38,014 nt of DNA from Candidatus Huberarchaeum crystalense (GCA_002790315.1 PFUW01000003.1:1-38014), one strand, 5' to 3'. Positions 15,881 to 25,332 are shown, counted from the first letter of the stretch. The notes: a model not told the origin generated them from the letters alone. Translations and numbers: made by a program.

Positions 15881-17986
15881 TTATTTTATTTTTTCTTCCT
15901 TTATTTTTTCTTCCTTTATTTTTTCTTCCTTTATTTTTTCTTCCTTTATTTTTTCTTCCTTTATTTTTTCTTCCTTTATTNNNNNNTCTTTTATTTTGTT
16001 TTTAACATAGGTAATCGGGTTTTTTGTTTTTTTTGTGAGGGCATTTTCCCCACAGACCCCCATTTTTTTATAAATCTCTGAATTAAGTGGAGGAATTAAC
16101 TGTGCTTTTTTTCGCATAAAATTAGAGTGAATTTTTTGAGCAAGCACCTCTTCGGAAACCATAGAGGTATTGCGAAGATTCCATTCTTTTAAAATAAGTT
16201 CAACTTGCTCTTGAGAATAGAATGAGCTAACATTTTCTCCTAACCCCCTAAAAAAATTAATGAGAATTTCAGCAGCGCGCTCTGGTTCAACAAATACCCC
16301 TTTAAAAATATTTTGTATTGTCTGCGGAAAATCTTTTTCTTCAATATATGAAGAACTTAAAAAACTTGACACTCGTGGCTTTGGTTTCTTGCTATTATTT
16401 TTATATTTAAGTTTATTAAGAACATATGTAATTGGGTTTTTTACTTTTTTTGTTAATTCATCTTCTTCATAAACACCAATCTCTTTATAAATTTCTGATG
16501 AAAAAGAGGGGGGTAAAATGGGTTTTTTGTGCTTAAAATTATAAAATATTTGTTGATGAACATATTCTTTTGGGAGCGGCGAAGTGTTGCAGAGATTCCA
16601 CTTTTCCACAACTATTTCAATCATATTTTGAGGATAAGACAAACTTCTGAAAAAATTAATTAAAATAAATAGCGCGCGCTTCCTTCCATCTTTTAGTCCT
16701 TTTAAAATATTAAGAATAGTGGGAGGAAAATATAAGGGGTTTATCAAACCATTAAATAAAAAAGATTGTGTTGAAACCAAACCTTTACCTTGCTTTACAA
16801 CTTCAATATATGCTTTTTTTCTTTTCTCTGCATCTATTTTTAATAAATCTATAGTAAAGTCCTTATTGTATTTGGTTTCTTCTTGTTTAATTTTATTTAA
16901 TATTTGTTTTTTTTCCTCTTTATTTTTTTTATCAAACCAAAGAAAAGCATTTGACACCATTTTACTTGCTTTTCCAACAGAATATTTATCTAAAAACCCC
17001 AATAAACCGTCGCCACTATATGATAAAACAGCATCAATAGTTGCTTGTTCTTTTTTAAAAGAATGAATTTTTGATGGAAGAATAGGCAAACTAACAAAGC
17101 CTGATTTTGGATGCAAACTATAAGGGCTACGAATAAAGTGGCGCGAAGAAAAAACCTGAAAATCCAGCTTTAAATTAACAAACAGGTTGGTTTGTTGTTG
17201 TTTTTGGTAGGGGGTTTGGGTGGTTAGGGGGGTTGGTTTCGACTGGAGATTTGTGGTTGTGGGTTTTAGCAAGAACTCTTTTGTTGGTTTTAAAGAGGAA
17301 CTATCAATATATTTTTGCTTAAGTTGTTCAGATATATTTTCTAACGAGAAATTATCAATATATTTTTGCTTAAGTTGTTCAGATATATTTTCTAACGAGA
17401 AATTATCAATATATTTTTGCTTAAGTTGTCGGGATACTTTTTCTTCAAGATAGCACAAAATAAAAAGAGGTAAAAAAGGAAAAGCTTGTGCGCGCTTTTC
17501 CAACACACCCCCAAAATTACAAATATAGTCTGGAAACTCTTCTCCCCTTAAACCAATATGAAAACCTTTATTACCTGAAAATTTTATTGATATGTCTTTT
17601 TTAGGTATTCCTTCATCAACAAAAAAAAGCACAATTTCACTTGCAATAATTTTTGCATAAGAAAAACCAATATCAACATCAATATCTATTATAAAATCCC
17701 AATTCTTACGATTATTATCCATCTCTTCTTTTGTTTTGTTTTTTCCTAAATTCATTACATCACACCAACGCTCAATAGATGTGTGAAATTCATTTGATCC
17801 TCGCGCAATATAAGAATATATATCACCTTCTTCATTTAAAAAATTAGGGCGCGCACCCATTTTTCTATTTCCTTTAGAATCTACAATAGCAGAAACAAAT
17901 TCTCTATCCGTAGAAAAAGTAAATATTGCGCGCATAATTTGTGGATTTGAGTAATATTCTAAAAGCTTTCGTCTTGAAATTTGCAT
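15881..17986 (-). CDS. priS: Fused DNA primase PriS-PriL (DPANN type) with duplicated C-terminal domain
   Basis: WDFIIDID (DxD), KFSGNKGFH and RHFIRSPYSLHPKSG motifs; PriL-CTD-like KGLKDGRKRALFILINF...KNPITY present twice. Start at 17986 or 18028; extreme C-terminus lies next to an N-gap. Confidence 0.92.
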   Translation of the reverse strand: MQISRRKLLEYYSNPQIMRAIFTFSTDREFVSAIVDSKGNRKMGARPNFLNEEGDIYSYIARGSNEFHTSIERWCDVMNLGKNKTKEEMDNNRKNWDFIIDIDVDIGFSYAKIIASEIVLFFVDEGIPKKDISIKFSGNKGFHIGLRGEEFPDYICNFGGVLEKRAQAFPFLPLFILCYLEEKVSRQLKQKYIDNFSLENISEQLKQKYIDNFSLENISEQLKQKYIDSSSLKPTKEFLLKPTTTNLQSKPTPLTTQTPYQKQQQTNLFVNLKLDFQVFSSRHFIRSPYSLHPKSGFVSLPILPSKIHSFKKEQATIDAVLSYSGDGLLGFLDKYSVGKASKMVSNAFLWFDKKNKEEKKQILNKIKQEETKYNKDFTIDLLKIDAEKRKKAYIEVVKQGKGLVSTQSFLFNGLINPLYFPPTILNILKGLKDGRKRALFILINFFRSLSYPQNMIEIVVEKWNLCNTSPLPKEYVHQQIFYNFKHKKPILPPSFSSEIYKEIGVYEEDELTKKVKNPITYVLNKLKYKNNSKKPKPRVSSFLSSSYIEEKDFPQTIQNIFKGVFVEPERAAEILINFFRGLGENVSSFYSQEQVELILKEWNLRNTSMVSEEVLAQKIHSNFMRKKAQLIPPLNSEIYKKMGVCGENALTKKTKNPITYVKNKIKXXXIKEEKIKEEKIKEEKIKEEKIKEEKIKEEKIK
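15884..15980. repeat. 15-bp tandem repeat encoding (KEEKI)n at the primase C-terminus
   Basis: TTTTTTCTTCCTTTA repeated about 6 times up to the N-gap; copy number unreliable. Confidence 0.75.
17192..17248. repeat. Left arm of a 57-bp inverted repeat (ORB-like core GTTTCGACTGGAG), inside the primase gene
   Basis: Reverse complement matches 19960-20016 at 55/57 positions. Confidence 0.9.
17302..17429. repeat. 51-bp in-frame tandem repeat (QLKQKYIDNFSLENISE), about 2.5 copies, in the primase gene
   Basis: Units start at 17302, 17353 and 17404. Confidence 0.9.
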
Positions 17987-18029
17987 ATTTTTTTTAATAT
18001 AGATAATGTTTTCTTTTGAAATTTGCATG

Positions 18030-18382
18030 TTTTTTAATATGTTTAATATAATATTATATTTATTAATAATTAATAATAATTTATAATATTTAATTTAGTA
18101 ATTTTTAATAATAATTTATAATATTTAATAATAATAACTTTTAATAATAATCTATAATAAATTATAACAATAATAACTAATAATTTTTAATAACAATCTT
18201 TAATAATCTTTAATAATTATTTAATAATCTTTAATAATAATAAAATATAACAATAATTATTTATAATAATATATTAATAATTTTTAATAATAATTTATAA
18301 TACTAACAATTTACGACTATTTATAATAATCTAACAATCTATAATAATAATTTAATAATTTATAACAATCTTTAATAACATT
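18030..18382. other. Extremely AT-rich low-complexity tract; candidate DNA-unwinding element of oriC
   Basis: About 350 bp of TAATAA/TAACAA-type units with almost no G on the + strand, between the divergent primase and cdc6 genes. Confidence 0.7.
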
Positions 18383-19597
18383 ATGCCTGAAAAAAACATC
18401 CAAGAGATACTTCAATCTATTGTCAACCAAAAAAGCAAAATATTTAAAAATAAAAAAATATTATCTTTAGACTATATTCCAGAACAAATCCTTCATCGCC
18501 AAAAACAAATTGAAGAAATAACAAAAATACTTAGCCCTATTTTTAGAGAAGAACCAACATCAAATATTTTTATCTATGGAAAACCAGGAACAGGTAAAAC
18601 AACAACAATTAATTATATAATAAAAGAAATAAAATATTTTTTAGATAAACAAGAGAATAAAAACCTTCAACAAAAAATAAAAATAATATATCTTAATTGT
18701 AAAGAAGGACATGTTTCAGACACAGAATATAGATTAATATCAACAACATGCTCTTATTTTGGAAAGCAAATTCCTGCAGGGCTATCTATAAAAAATATAT
18801 ATGATGAGTTTTTTAGGGTAGTTGATTATCAAAAAGCAAATATAATTTTAGTTCTTGATGAAATTGATAATATTGTTAGTAAAAATAGTGATGATTTTTT
18901 ATATAATCTTGCTCGCAAAAGATTTAAAAATATAAATTTAACTCTTATAGGAATTTCAAATAATATTAATTTTATAGAACTTTTAGATCCGCGTATAAAA
19001 AGCGCGCTTAACCAAGAAGAATTTATTTTTCCTCCATATAATGCAGAAGAACTTTTAGATATTTTAAAGCAAAGGTCTGATAATGCTTTTGAAAAGAGTG
19101 TTGTTTCTGAAGGTGTTTTAGAAAAAGTTGCAGGTATTATTGCTCAGCAAAATGGAGATATGCGAAGGGCAATAAATTTATTACGTGTTGTTGGGGAATT
19201 AGCTGAAAGAAATAATCTTAATAAATTATCTTTAGAGTTAGTTGAAGAAGCTGAAAAAAAATTAGAAGAAAATATAATGTTAGAAATGATATATAGCCAG
19301 CCCCTACACTCTAAAATTATATTATATTCTGTTTTGCAAAATACAATAAAAACAAAAACAACTACAACAGGAAAAGTATATGAACAATACGAACAACTTT
19401 GCAAAACAACAAAACAAAAACCTTTAACTTCTCGCCGCGTCACAGACTTTGTTGTTGAGTTAGACATGTTGGGGCTTATTTCAACAAATATTGCTTCTTA
19501 TGGTAGATATGGAAGAACGCGTGAATTATCTATAAATTATCCAAAACAAATAAGAGACCAAATTACTACTTATCTTAGAGGTGTTATATTTAGATAA
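18383..19597 (+). CDS. cdc6: Orc1/Cdc6 replication initiator
   Basis: YIPEQILHR, Walker A GKPGTGKT, Walker B VLDEID, LDPRIKS, FPPYNAEEL, GDMRRAI; winged-helix ELDMLGLI...GRYGRTR. Confidence 0.96.
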   Translation: MPEKNIQEILQSIVNQKSKIFKNKKILSLDYIPEQILHRQKQIEEITKILSPIFREEPTSNIFIYGKPGTGKTTTINYIIKEIKYFLDKQENKNLQQKIKIIYLNCKEGHVSDTEYRLISTTCSYFGKQIPAGLSIKNIYDEFFRVVDYQKANIILVLDEIDNIVSKNSDDFLYNLARKRFKNINLTLIGISNNINFIELLDPRIKSALNQEEFIFPPYNAEELLDILKQRSDNAFEKSVVSEGVLEKVAGIIAQQNGDMRRAINLLRVVGELAERNNLNKLSLELVEEAEKKLEENIMLEMIYSQPLHSKIILYSVLQNTIKTKTTTTGKVYEQYEQLCKTTKQKPLTSRRVTDFVVELDMLGLISTNIASYGRYGRTRELSINYPKQIRDQITTYLRGVIFR

Positions 19598-19856
19598 TAA
19601 TAATTAAATTAATTATATTTGTTTTATATATATTTATATAAATATATAAATAATATTTAAATATATATATTTATTTTAAAGGCGTTATATTTAAATAATA
19701 ATTATAATTATTTTAAAGATGTTTTATTTAAATATTTATTATTAATATTTATTATTTATTGTTTAATTATATTTAATTGTTTTAGTTTAATTTTAAATAA
19801 ATACAAAAAATATAAAATTCAAATAAATACAAAACCATTTGTTGTTTAAAAAAAAT
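19598..19856. other. Second very AT-rich tract, downstream of cdc6; candidate unwinding element
   Basis: About 260 bp of nearly pure A/T between cdc6 and DP1. Confidence 0.55.
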
Positions 19857-21632
19857 ATGCCTAACTTAAATTTTATACCTAATAATATTTCTGATGAACA
19901 AAAAACAAAAGCAAAACAAGGTGAACTTATTTTTATACCTTCTAACCCCCCCTACCACACTCCAGTCGAAACCAACCCCCCTAACCACTCAAACCCCCCA
20001 CCAAAAACAACAACAATAACAAAAACCACCCTTGCTACACACCAAACAACAGAGTCAAAACAACAACATCAACAACAACCTGCGCCCGCGCCACAAACTT
20101 GCGCGCCAACAACAAATATATTTTCTAACATTTTTAAAATAGACACAACCCAAGATATTAAAGTTATACAAGAATTTTCAAAAACAGGTTATGCGCGAAC
20201 AGCTTCAACATTTACATCTTATTTTAAAAGCCGCTACCAAAAACTCAGTGCTATTTTTAAAAGAGAGCATGTATTTGATAAACCTATTTGCTCAATTTAT
20301 AATTTAGTGCAAAACCAACCTTTAACTATTATTGGAATAGTTTATGATATTAGAAAACTACCTAATAGCTATCGCATCACTGTTGAAGATCTTACAGGAA
20401 AAATTAGTATTGTAGTTCCTGCAAACAACATAAATGCTTTTGAAAAATCAAAAAAAATATTTGCTGATATGGTGCTTGCATTTACAGGTGTTTTAGGAGG
20501 AAGAAATGTATTTTTTTGCGATGATATAATATTACCTGACATTCCTTTACAAAACAGCTACAAACAACGAACCGAAAAACCAGATGTGTCTTTTGTTTTT
20601 ATCTCTGATTTGCATATTGGAAGCAAAAATTTTTTAAAAAAATCATTTCAGCATTTTGTTGACTGGGTGTGCGGGTATTATGGTGGAACTTTAGGTGTTG
20701 ATGCCTCAAAAATTACAGTAATTTTTGTGGGCGGTGATTTAGTTTCAGGAATAAATATCTATAAAGAACAGCAAAACGACTTACATATTCAAGATTTAAA
20801 AAAGCAATACGATGAAGTTGCGCGCTATTTTTCTAAAATTCCAAAAACCATCAAAATAATTATAATTCCTGGAAACCACGACGCTCAGCGATTACCTACC
20901 CCACAACCAGCAATTATGAAGTCTTTTGCTACCTCACTTTATGATTTAAAAAATGTTATTATGACATCAAGCCCTTGTTTGGTTTCTGTTTTTGGTGTGA
21001 ATGTTCTGCTTGATCATGGGGTAAGCACATCTGTACTTGCTGAAATAAATTCTGATTTTAAGAGCATGCTTGTTTCTGAGCCTCAAAAAATAGGAAAATA
21101 TTTGCTACAAGCGCGCCACCTATACCCTATTTATGGAGAGGCGAGAGGGGTTTTGTCTCCCGAATTAGAAGATTTTCTTGTCATAGACAAAATCCCAGAT
21201 ATTTTTGCATTCGGGCATGTTCATTCTTGTGGATATATGAATTATAGAGGAGTACATATTATTAATCCTGGTTGTTTTGAGGGGATGACTGATTATGAAG
21301 AGAGAATAGGATTAACTCCAAATCCGGGTTGGGCTTATGTTTATGATTTAGCAACAGATAGTGTTAAAGCACTTTGTTTTTTAGATGATGATGAAAAAGA
21401 TTTGGCAAATGGTATAAATCTCAGAGCAGCAAAAGAAAAAAAATTAATAGAAGAAACAACAAATAAGGGTAATATAAACAATATTGTTGCTGACCTTAAA
21501 ATAATAGGTGGCGCGCACACAAAAGATCTATTAAAAATTGCAACAAAGTGCGNNNNNNNNNNNNNAACAAAGAGTATAATTACAACTACCAAAAAAACAA
21601 AAAACAACGAGGAAAAAGCAAATGGCAAATAA
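19857..21632 (+). CDS. polD1: DNA polymerase D small (proofreading) subunit DP1
   Basis: OB fold (IIGIVYDIR...VEDLTG); phosphoesterase motifs SDLHIGS, GDLV, PGNHD, HG and GHVH; N-gap near the 3' end. Confidence 0.93.
   Translation: MPNLNFIPNNISDEQKTKAKQGELIFIPSNPPYHTPVETNPPNHSNPPPKTTTITKTTLATHQTTESKQQHQQQPAPAPQTCAPTTNIFSNIFKIDTTQDIKVIQEFSKTGYARTASTFTSYFKSRYQKLSAIFKREHVFDKPICSIYNLVQNQPLTIIGIVYDIRKLPNSYRITVEDLTGKISIVVPANNINAFEKSKKIFADMVLAFTGVLGGRNVFFCDDIILPDIPLQNSYKQRTEKPDVSFVFISDLHIGSKNFLKKSFQHFVDWVCGYYGGTLGVDASKITVIFVGGDLVSGINIYKEQQNDLHIQDLKKQYDEVARYFSKIPKTIKIIIIPGNHDAQRLPTPQPAIMKSFATSLYDLKNVIMTSSPCLVSVFGVNVLLDHGVSTSVLAEINSDFKSMLVSEPQKIGKYLLQARHLYPIYGEARGVLSPELEDFLVIDKIPDIFAFGHVHSCGYMNYRGVHIINPGCFEGMTDYEERIGLTPNPGWAYVYDLATDSVKALCFLDDDEKDLANGINLRAAKEKKLIEETTNKGNINNIVADLKIIGGAHTKDLLKIATKCXXXXXTKSIITTTKKTKNNEEKANGK
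19960..20016. repeat. Right arm of the 57-bp inverted repeat (CTCCAGTCGAAAC...), inside DP1
   Basis: Matches the reverse complement of 17192-17248 with 2 mismatches. Confidence 0.9.
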
Positions 21633-24600
21633 TATAGAGACTTATCGCAACACACTAAACCAAGAAGTAGAAAAGCAAGCAGCAATTGCAAATAAAGCGC
21701 GCGCAAAAGGGTATGATTTAGAGAAAACAATAGGAATTAAAATATCGCCAGACAAAGCAGGAAGAATTGAAGGTTTGTTTGCCACAGAATTCAAAGAAGC
21801 AGAGGGCTCTGGAATTGCAGAAAGAATTCGCGAGCTTGAAGCCCAACTTGGAGCTAACAATATAAAAATTGCATTTAATCTTGCAGAAGAAATAGCAGCA
21901 AATAAGTTTTTTAATATTCCGAGCATTGAAAAAAAAATTGAAGCAGGTGTTCGTTTAGGTTTAACTTATTTAACTTCAGGAATAGTAGCAGCGCCATTAG
22001 AAGGCATAGTTTGTATTAAACTTAAAAAAAATGATGATGGAAGTGATTATGCTGCGGTTTATTTTGCAGGCCCAATTCGCGCAGCAGGAGGAACAGCACA
22101 AGCAGTTTCTGTTCTCTTAACTGATTTTATTAGACAAAAATATAACATCGAAAAGTACAAAATAACTAGAGATGAAATCGAGCGAGGAGTTCTTGAAATT
22201 AATTCATATAGTACGCGCCAATATAACCCTGTTGATGAAGAAATTCGTTTTATGCTTAGCCATTTGCCTGTTGAGGTTTCTGGAGAAGGAACAGAAGATT
22301 ATGAAGTTCCAAATTATAAAAATTTGCCTCGCATTGAGACACCAAATATTAGGGGGGGGTTTTGTCTTGTTATTACTGAGGGTTTGATGCTAAAAGCAAA
22401 AAAACTCATGAAAATAGCTGAAAAAATGTCGCTGTCTTCTTGGGGGTGGATTGATGATTATGTTAAATTAAAAGAAAAAATACACACAAACACAGATGGA
22501 AAAAAAACAAGTGCAAAGGTCTTGCCTAATTATAAATATTTAGAAGAATTGGCTGCAGGTAGGCCTATATTTGGGTATCCGTCTGTTGTTGGTGGTTTTA
22601 GGTTGAGGTATGGAAGAGCGCGCACAAGCGGATTTGCTGCTTATGCTATTCATCCAGCAAGCGCTGTGTTGTCTGATGGGTTTATTGCAGTTGGGACTCA
22701 ATTAAAAGTAGAAAGGCCAGGAAAATCAACAGTAATAAGCTTTTGCGACGAGATTGAAGGCCCCATTGTTAAATTGAAGAGTGGAGATGTCTTACAACTA
22801 ACTTCAAGAGAACAAGCAGAAAAAATGAAAAAAGAAGTAGAAAGCATTTTGTTTTGGGGTGATTTGCTAATATCTTATGGTGATTTTTTACATAATAACC
22901 ATATATTAATTCCAAGCGGATATGTTGAAGAGTGGTGGATACAAGAGTTAGAAAAAGCAGTTATCGGGTCAAAAGATAAAGAAAAAGATAAAGATAAAGA
23001 AAATAATCAAAAAATAAATGACATAAAAAATGAAGAAAATAATCAAAANNNNNNNNAATATAAAATTCCTCTCTATCCAAAATATACTTTTTGGTGGAAA
23101 GAAATATCAAAACGAGAACTTTTAACACTATATAATAAAATTTGGCAGCAAGAATCTGATGGGTTTGTATTTGAGATTGACTTTAAAACAATACTTGAAA
23201 AATTAAGATGCACGCACAACATTAAAAATAATTTAGTGTGGTTAGAAGAGAATTTAATTATATTACGGCAACTTTTACCAAAAGACGCAAAGATAGAGCA
23301 AAGAATTAGTGAGAGTGAAAATATTTCAAATATAGATTTACTATCAAAAATTTCAGGTGTGGTTTTGCGAGAAAAAGCGCCTTGCTTTATTGGTTGTAGA
23401 ATGGGCCGCCCAGAAAAAGCGCAGATGAGGGCAATGCGAGGAAGTCCGTGTTCTCTTTTTCCTGTTGGACTTGATGGGGGTAGGTTGCGCGAAGTTAATA
23501 ATATGAATAAAATGAATATCAAATTTCGCGATTTTTTTTGCAGCAAATGCAATAAATCTGTTTTGTGGGGTGTTTGTCCTTTTTGCAAATCACAAACAAC
23601 CGAAAAACAAATAATTTCTGCAGAACATGATATCAAAACACTGTTAGATAATGCGCATTTAAACTTGAAAAATAAATTTAAGCAAGTCGAAATATTGAAA
23701 GGAGTCAGAGGACTTAGCAGCGAACGTATGATTCCTGAACGAATAGAAAAAGGAATATTGAGATCTTTCCACAACCTAACAATTTTCAAAGATTGTACAA
23801 TTAGATATGATGCTATAGATGTTCCTATTACTCATTTCAAACCAAAAGAAATAGGTACTTCTATTGAAAAATTGCGCAAATTAGGATATTTTGAAGATTA
23901 TCTTGGAAATCCACTAAAACAAGAAGATCAAATTTGCGAACTGTTTGCTCAGGATGTTATTATGCCTGAAAACGCTTCAGATGTTTTTGTTAGTATATCT
24001 CGTTTTGTTGATGATGAGTTAGAGTTTTTTTATAATTTGTCGCGCTATTATTCTATAAAGACAGCAAATGATTTGATTGGACATCTTGTTATTGGTTTGG
24101 CTCCCCACACCTCAGCAGGGATTATTGGACGAATTATTGGCTTTACTCCAGCTTTTGCACAATTTGCTCATCCATATTGGCATGCTGCAAAGAGAAGAAA
24201 CTGCGACGGCGACGAGGACGGGTTTATGTTGCTTATGGACGCTTTATTAAATTTTTCACAACAATATTTGCCTAACAAAAGAGGAACACGAATTATGGAT
24301 GCACCTATTGTTTTAACAACTATTTTAAAAGTTGAAGAAGTTGATGATGAGGTATATCATTTAGATGTTGCTGATCATTATCCTCTTGAATTTTATGAAG
24401 CAGCGTTTTGTTATGACGCGCCCTCTGCGGTTTCAATAGATCTTGTTGAAAATAAAATGAAAGCAGGAACACCTTATTCTGGTTTAAAATTTACACACAA
24501 CACAACTTGTTTTTATGATGGTCCACACACATCTTCATATAAGACGCTTACTACAATGCTTGACAAAGTTATGGCTGAGTTAGAAATTGCAAAAAAAGCA

Positions 24601-24939
24601 GTTTCAGTAGAGGAAACAGATGTTGCAAATCTAGTGATTCAATGTCATTTTATAAAAGATATTCGCGGAAATTTGAGATCATTTACAACACAAACAGTAA
24701 GATGCACTGGTTGTAATGAGATTTTTCGCCGCCCACCCTTAGCAGGTATTTGCCCAAAATGCAAAAAAAATTTGACCTTAACAATACACGAAGGAGGAAT
24801 AAGGAAATATTTAGGGCCTAGTTTAAAGATTGTAGAAAAATACCGTCTTGATGAATATACTCGCCAATGTCTTGACCTTATTCTTTGCCAAGTTGATGCT
24901 GTTTTTGGCAAAAAGACAAACCAAAACACACTATTCTAA
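21622..24939 (+). CDS. polD2: DNA polymerase D large subunit DP2 (no intein)
   Basis: AAPLEGI, YFAGPIRAAGGTAQA, GGFRLRYGRAR, GLAPHTSAG, catalytic KRRNCDGDED and C-terminal CxxC pairs. Confidence 0.97.
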   Translation: MANNIETYRNTLNQEVEKQAAIANKARAKGYDLEKTIGIKISPDKAGRIEGLFATEFKEAEGSGIAERIRELEAQLGANNIKIAFNLAEEIAANKFFNIPSIEKKIEAGVRLGLTYLTSGIVAAPLEGIVCIKLKKNDDGSDYAAVYFAGPIRAAGGTAQAVSVLLTDFIRQKYNIEKYKITRDEIERGVLEINSYSTRQYNPVDEEIRFMLSHLPVEVSGEGTEDYEVPNYKNLPRIETPNIRGGFCLVITEGLMLKAKKLMKIAEKMSLSSWGWIDDYVKLKEKIHTNTDGKKTSAKVLPNYKYLEELAAGRPIFGYPSVVGGFRLRYGRARTSGFAAYAIHPASAVLSDGFIAVGTQLKVERPGKSTVISFCDEIEGPIVKLKSGDVLQLTSREQAEKMKKEVESILFWGDLLISYGDFLHNNHILIPSGYVEEWWIQELEKAVIGSKDKEKDKDKENNQKINDIKNEENNQXXXXYKIPLYPKYTFWWKEISKRELLTLYNKIWQQESDGFVFEIDFKTILEKLRCTHNIKNNLVWLEENLIILRQLLPKDAKIEQRISESENISNIDLLSKISGVVLREKAPCFIGCRMGRPEKAQMRAMRGSPCSLFPVGLDGGRLREVNNMNKMNIKFRDFFCSKCNKSVLWGVCPFCKSQTTEKQIISAEHDIKTLLDNAHLNLKNKFKQVEILKGVRGLSSERMIPERIEKGILRSFHNLTIFKDCTIRYDAIDVPITHFKPKEIGTSIEKLRKLGYFEDYLGNPLKQEDQICELFAQDVIMPENASDVFVSISRFVDDELEFFYNLSRYYSIKTANDLIGHLVIGLAPHTSAGIIGRIIGFTPAFAQFAHPYWHAAKRRNCDGDEDGFMLLMDALLNFSQQYLPNKRGTRIMDAPIVLTTILKVEEVDDEVYHLDVADHYPLEFYEAAFCYDAPSAVSIDLVENKMKAGTPYSGLKFTHNTTCFYDGPHTSSYKTLTTMLDKVMAELEIAKKAVSVEETDVANLVIQCHFIKDIRGNLRSFTTQTVRCTGCNEIFRRPPLAGICPKCKKNLTLTIHEGGIRKYLGPSLKIVEKYRLDEYTRQCLDLILCQVDAVFGKKTNQNTLF

Positions 24940-24972
24940 TATTTTTATAATTTTTGTTTGTTTAAATAAGTT

Positions 24973-25332
24973 ATGTTTAATATAGATCCGCGCCAGATGG
25001 AAAAAGTTATGAAGCAAATGGGAATGAAGCAAGAAGGAATTCCTGCGAACGAAGTGGTTATAAAAACCACTGGGGGCAAAAAGATAATAATAAAAAATCC
25101 ACAAGTTATAAGAATTTCAATGCAAGGAAATGAAAGTTTTCAGATTTCAGGAGAAATTATAGAAGAAGCGCGCGCAGATGAAGAGTCTAATATATCTAAT
25201 AACTTTTCAGAAGAAGATGTTGAAACTGTTGTTGAACAAACAGGCGCAAGCAAAGACAAAGCAAAAACAAAACTAATTGAAAATAAAGGTAATTTGGCAA
25301 AGACAATTTTAGATCTGAAAAATAAAATATAA
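24973..25332 (+). CDS. nac: Nascent polypeptide-associated complex protein (archaeal NAC)
   Basis: DPRQMEKVMKQMGM, IKNPQV and FQISG; UBA-like end EEDVETVVEQTGAS...GNLAKTIL. Confidence 0.93.
   Translation: MFNIDPRQMEKVMKQMGMKQEGIPANEVVIKTTGGKKIIIKNPQVIRISMQGNESFQISGEIIEEARADEESNISNNFSEEDVETVVEQTGASKDKAKTKLIENKGNLAKTILDLKNKI

Noticed and set aside
15848-16081. (LYFFF)n membrane-peptide ORF
   Set aside because: Antisense reading of the KEEKI repeat beside an assembly gap.
17249-19959. Invertible segment or transposon bounded by the 57-bp inverted repeat
   Set aside because: No recombinase or transposase in the window, and inversion would join primase and DP1 out of frame; kept only as a minor alternative.
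24180-24220. Intein at the usual DP2 insertion site
   Set aside because: KRRNCDGDED is uninterrupted.
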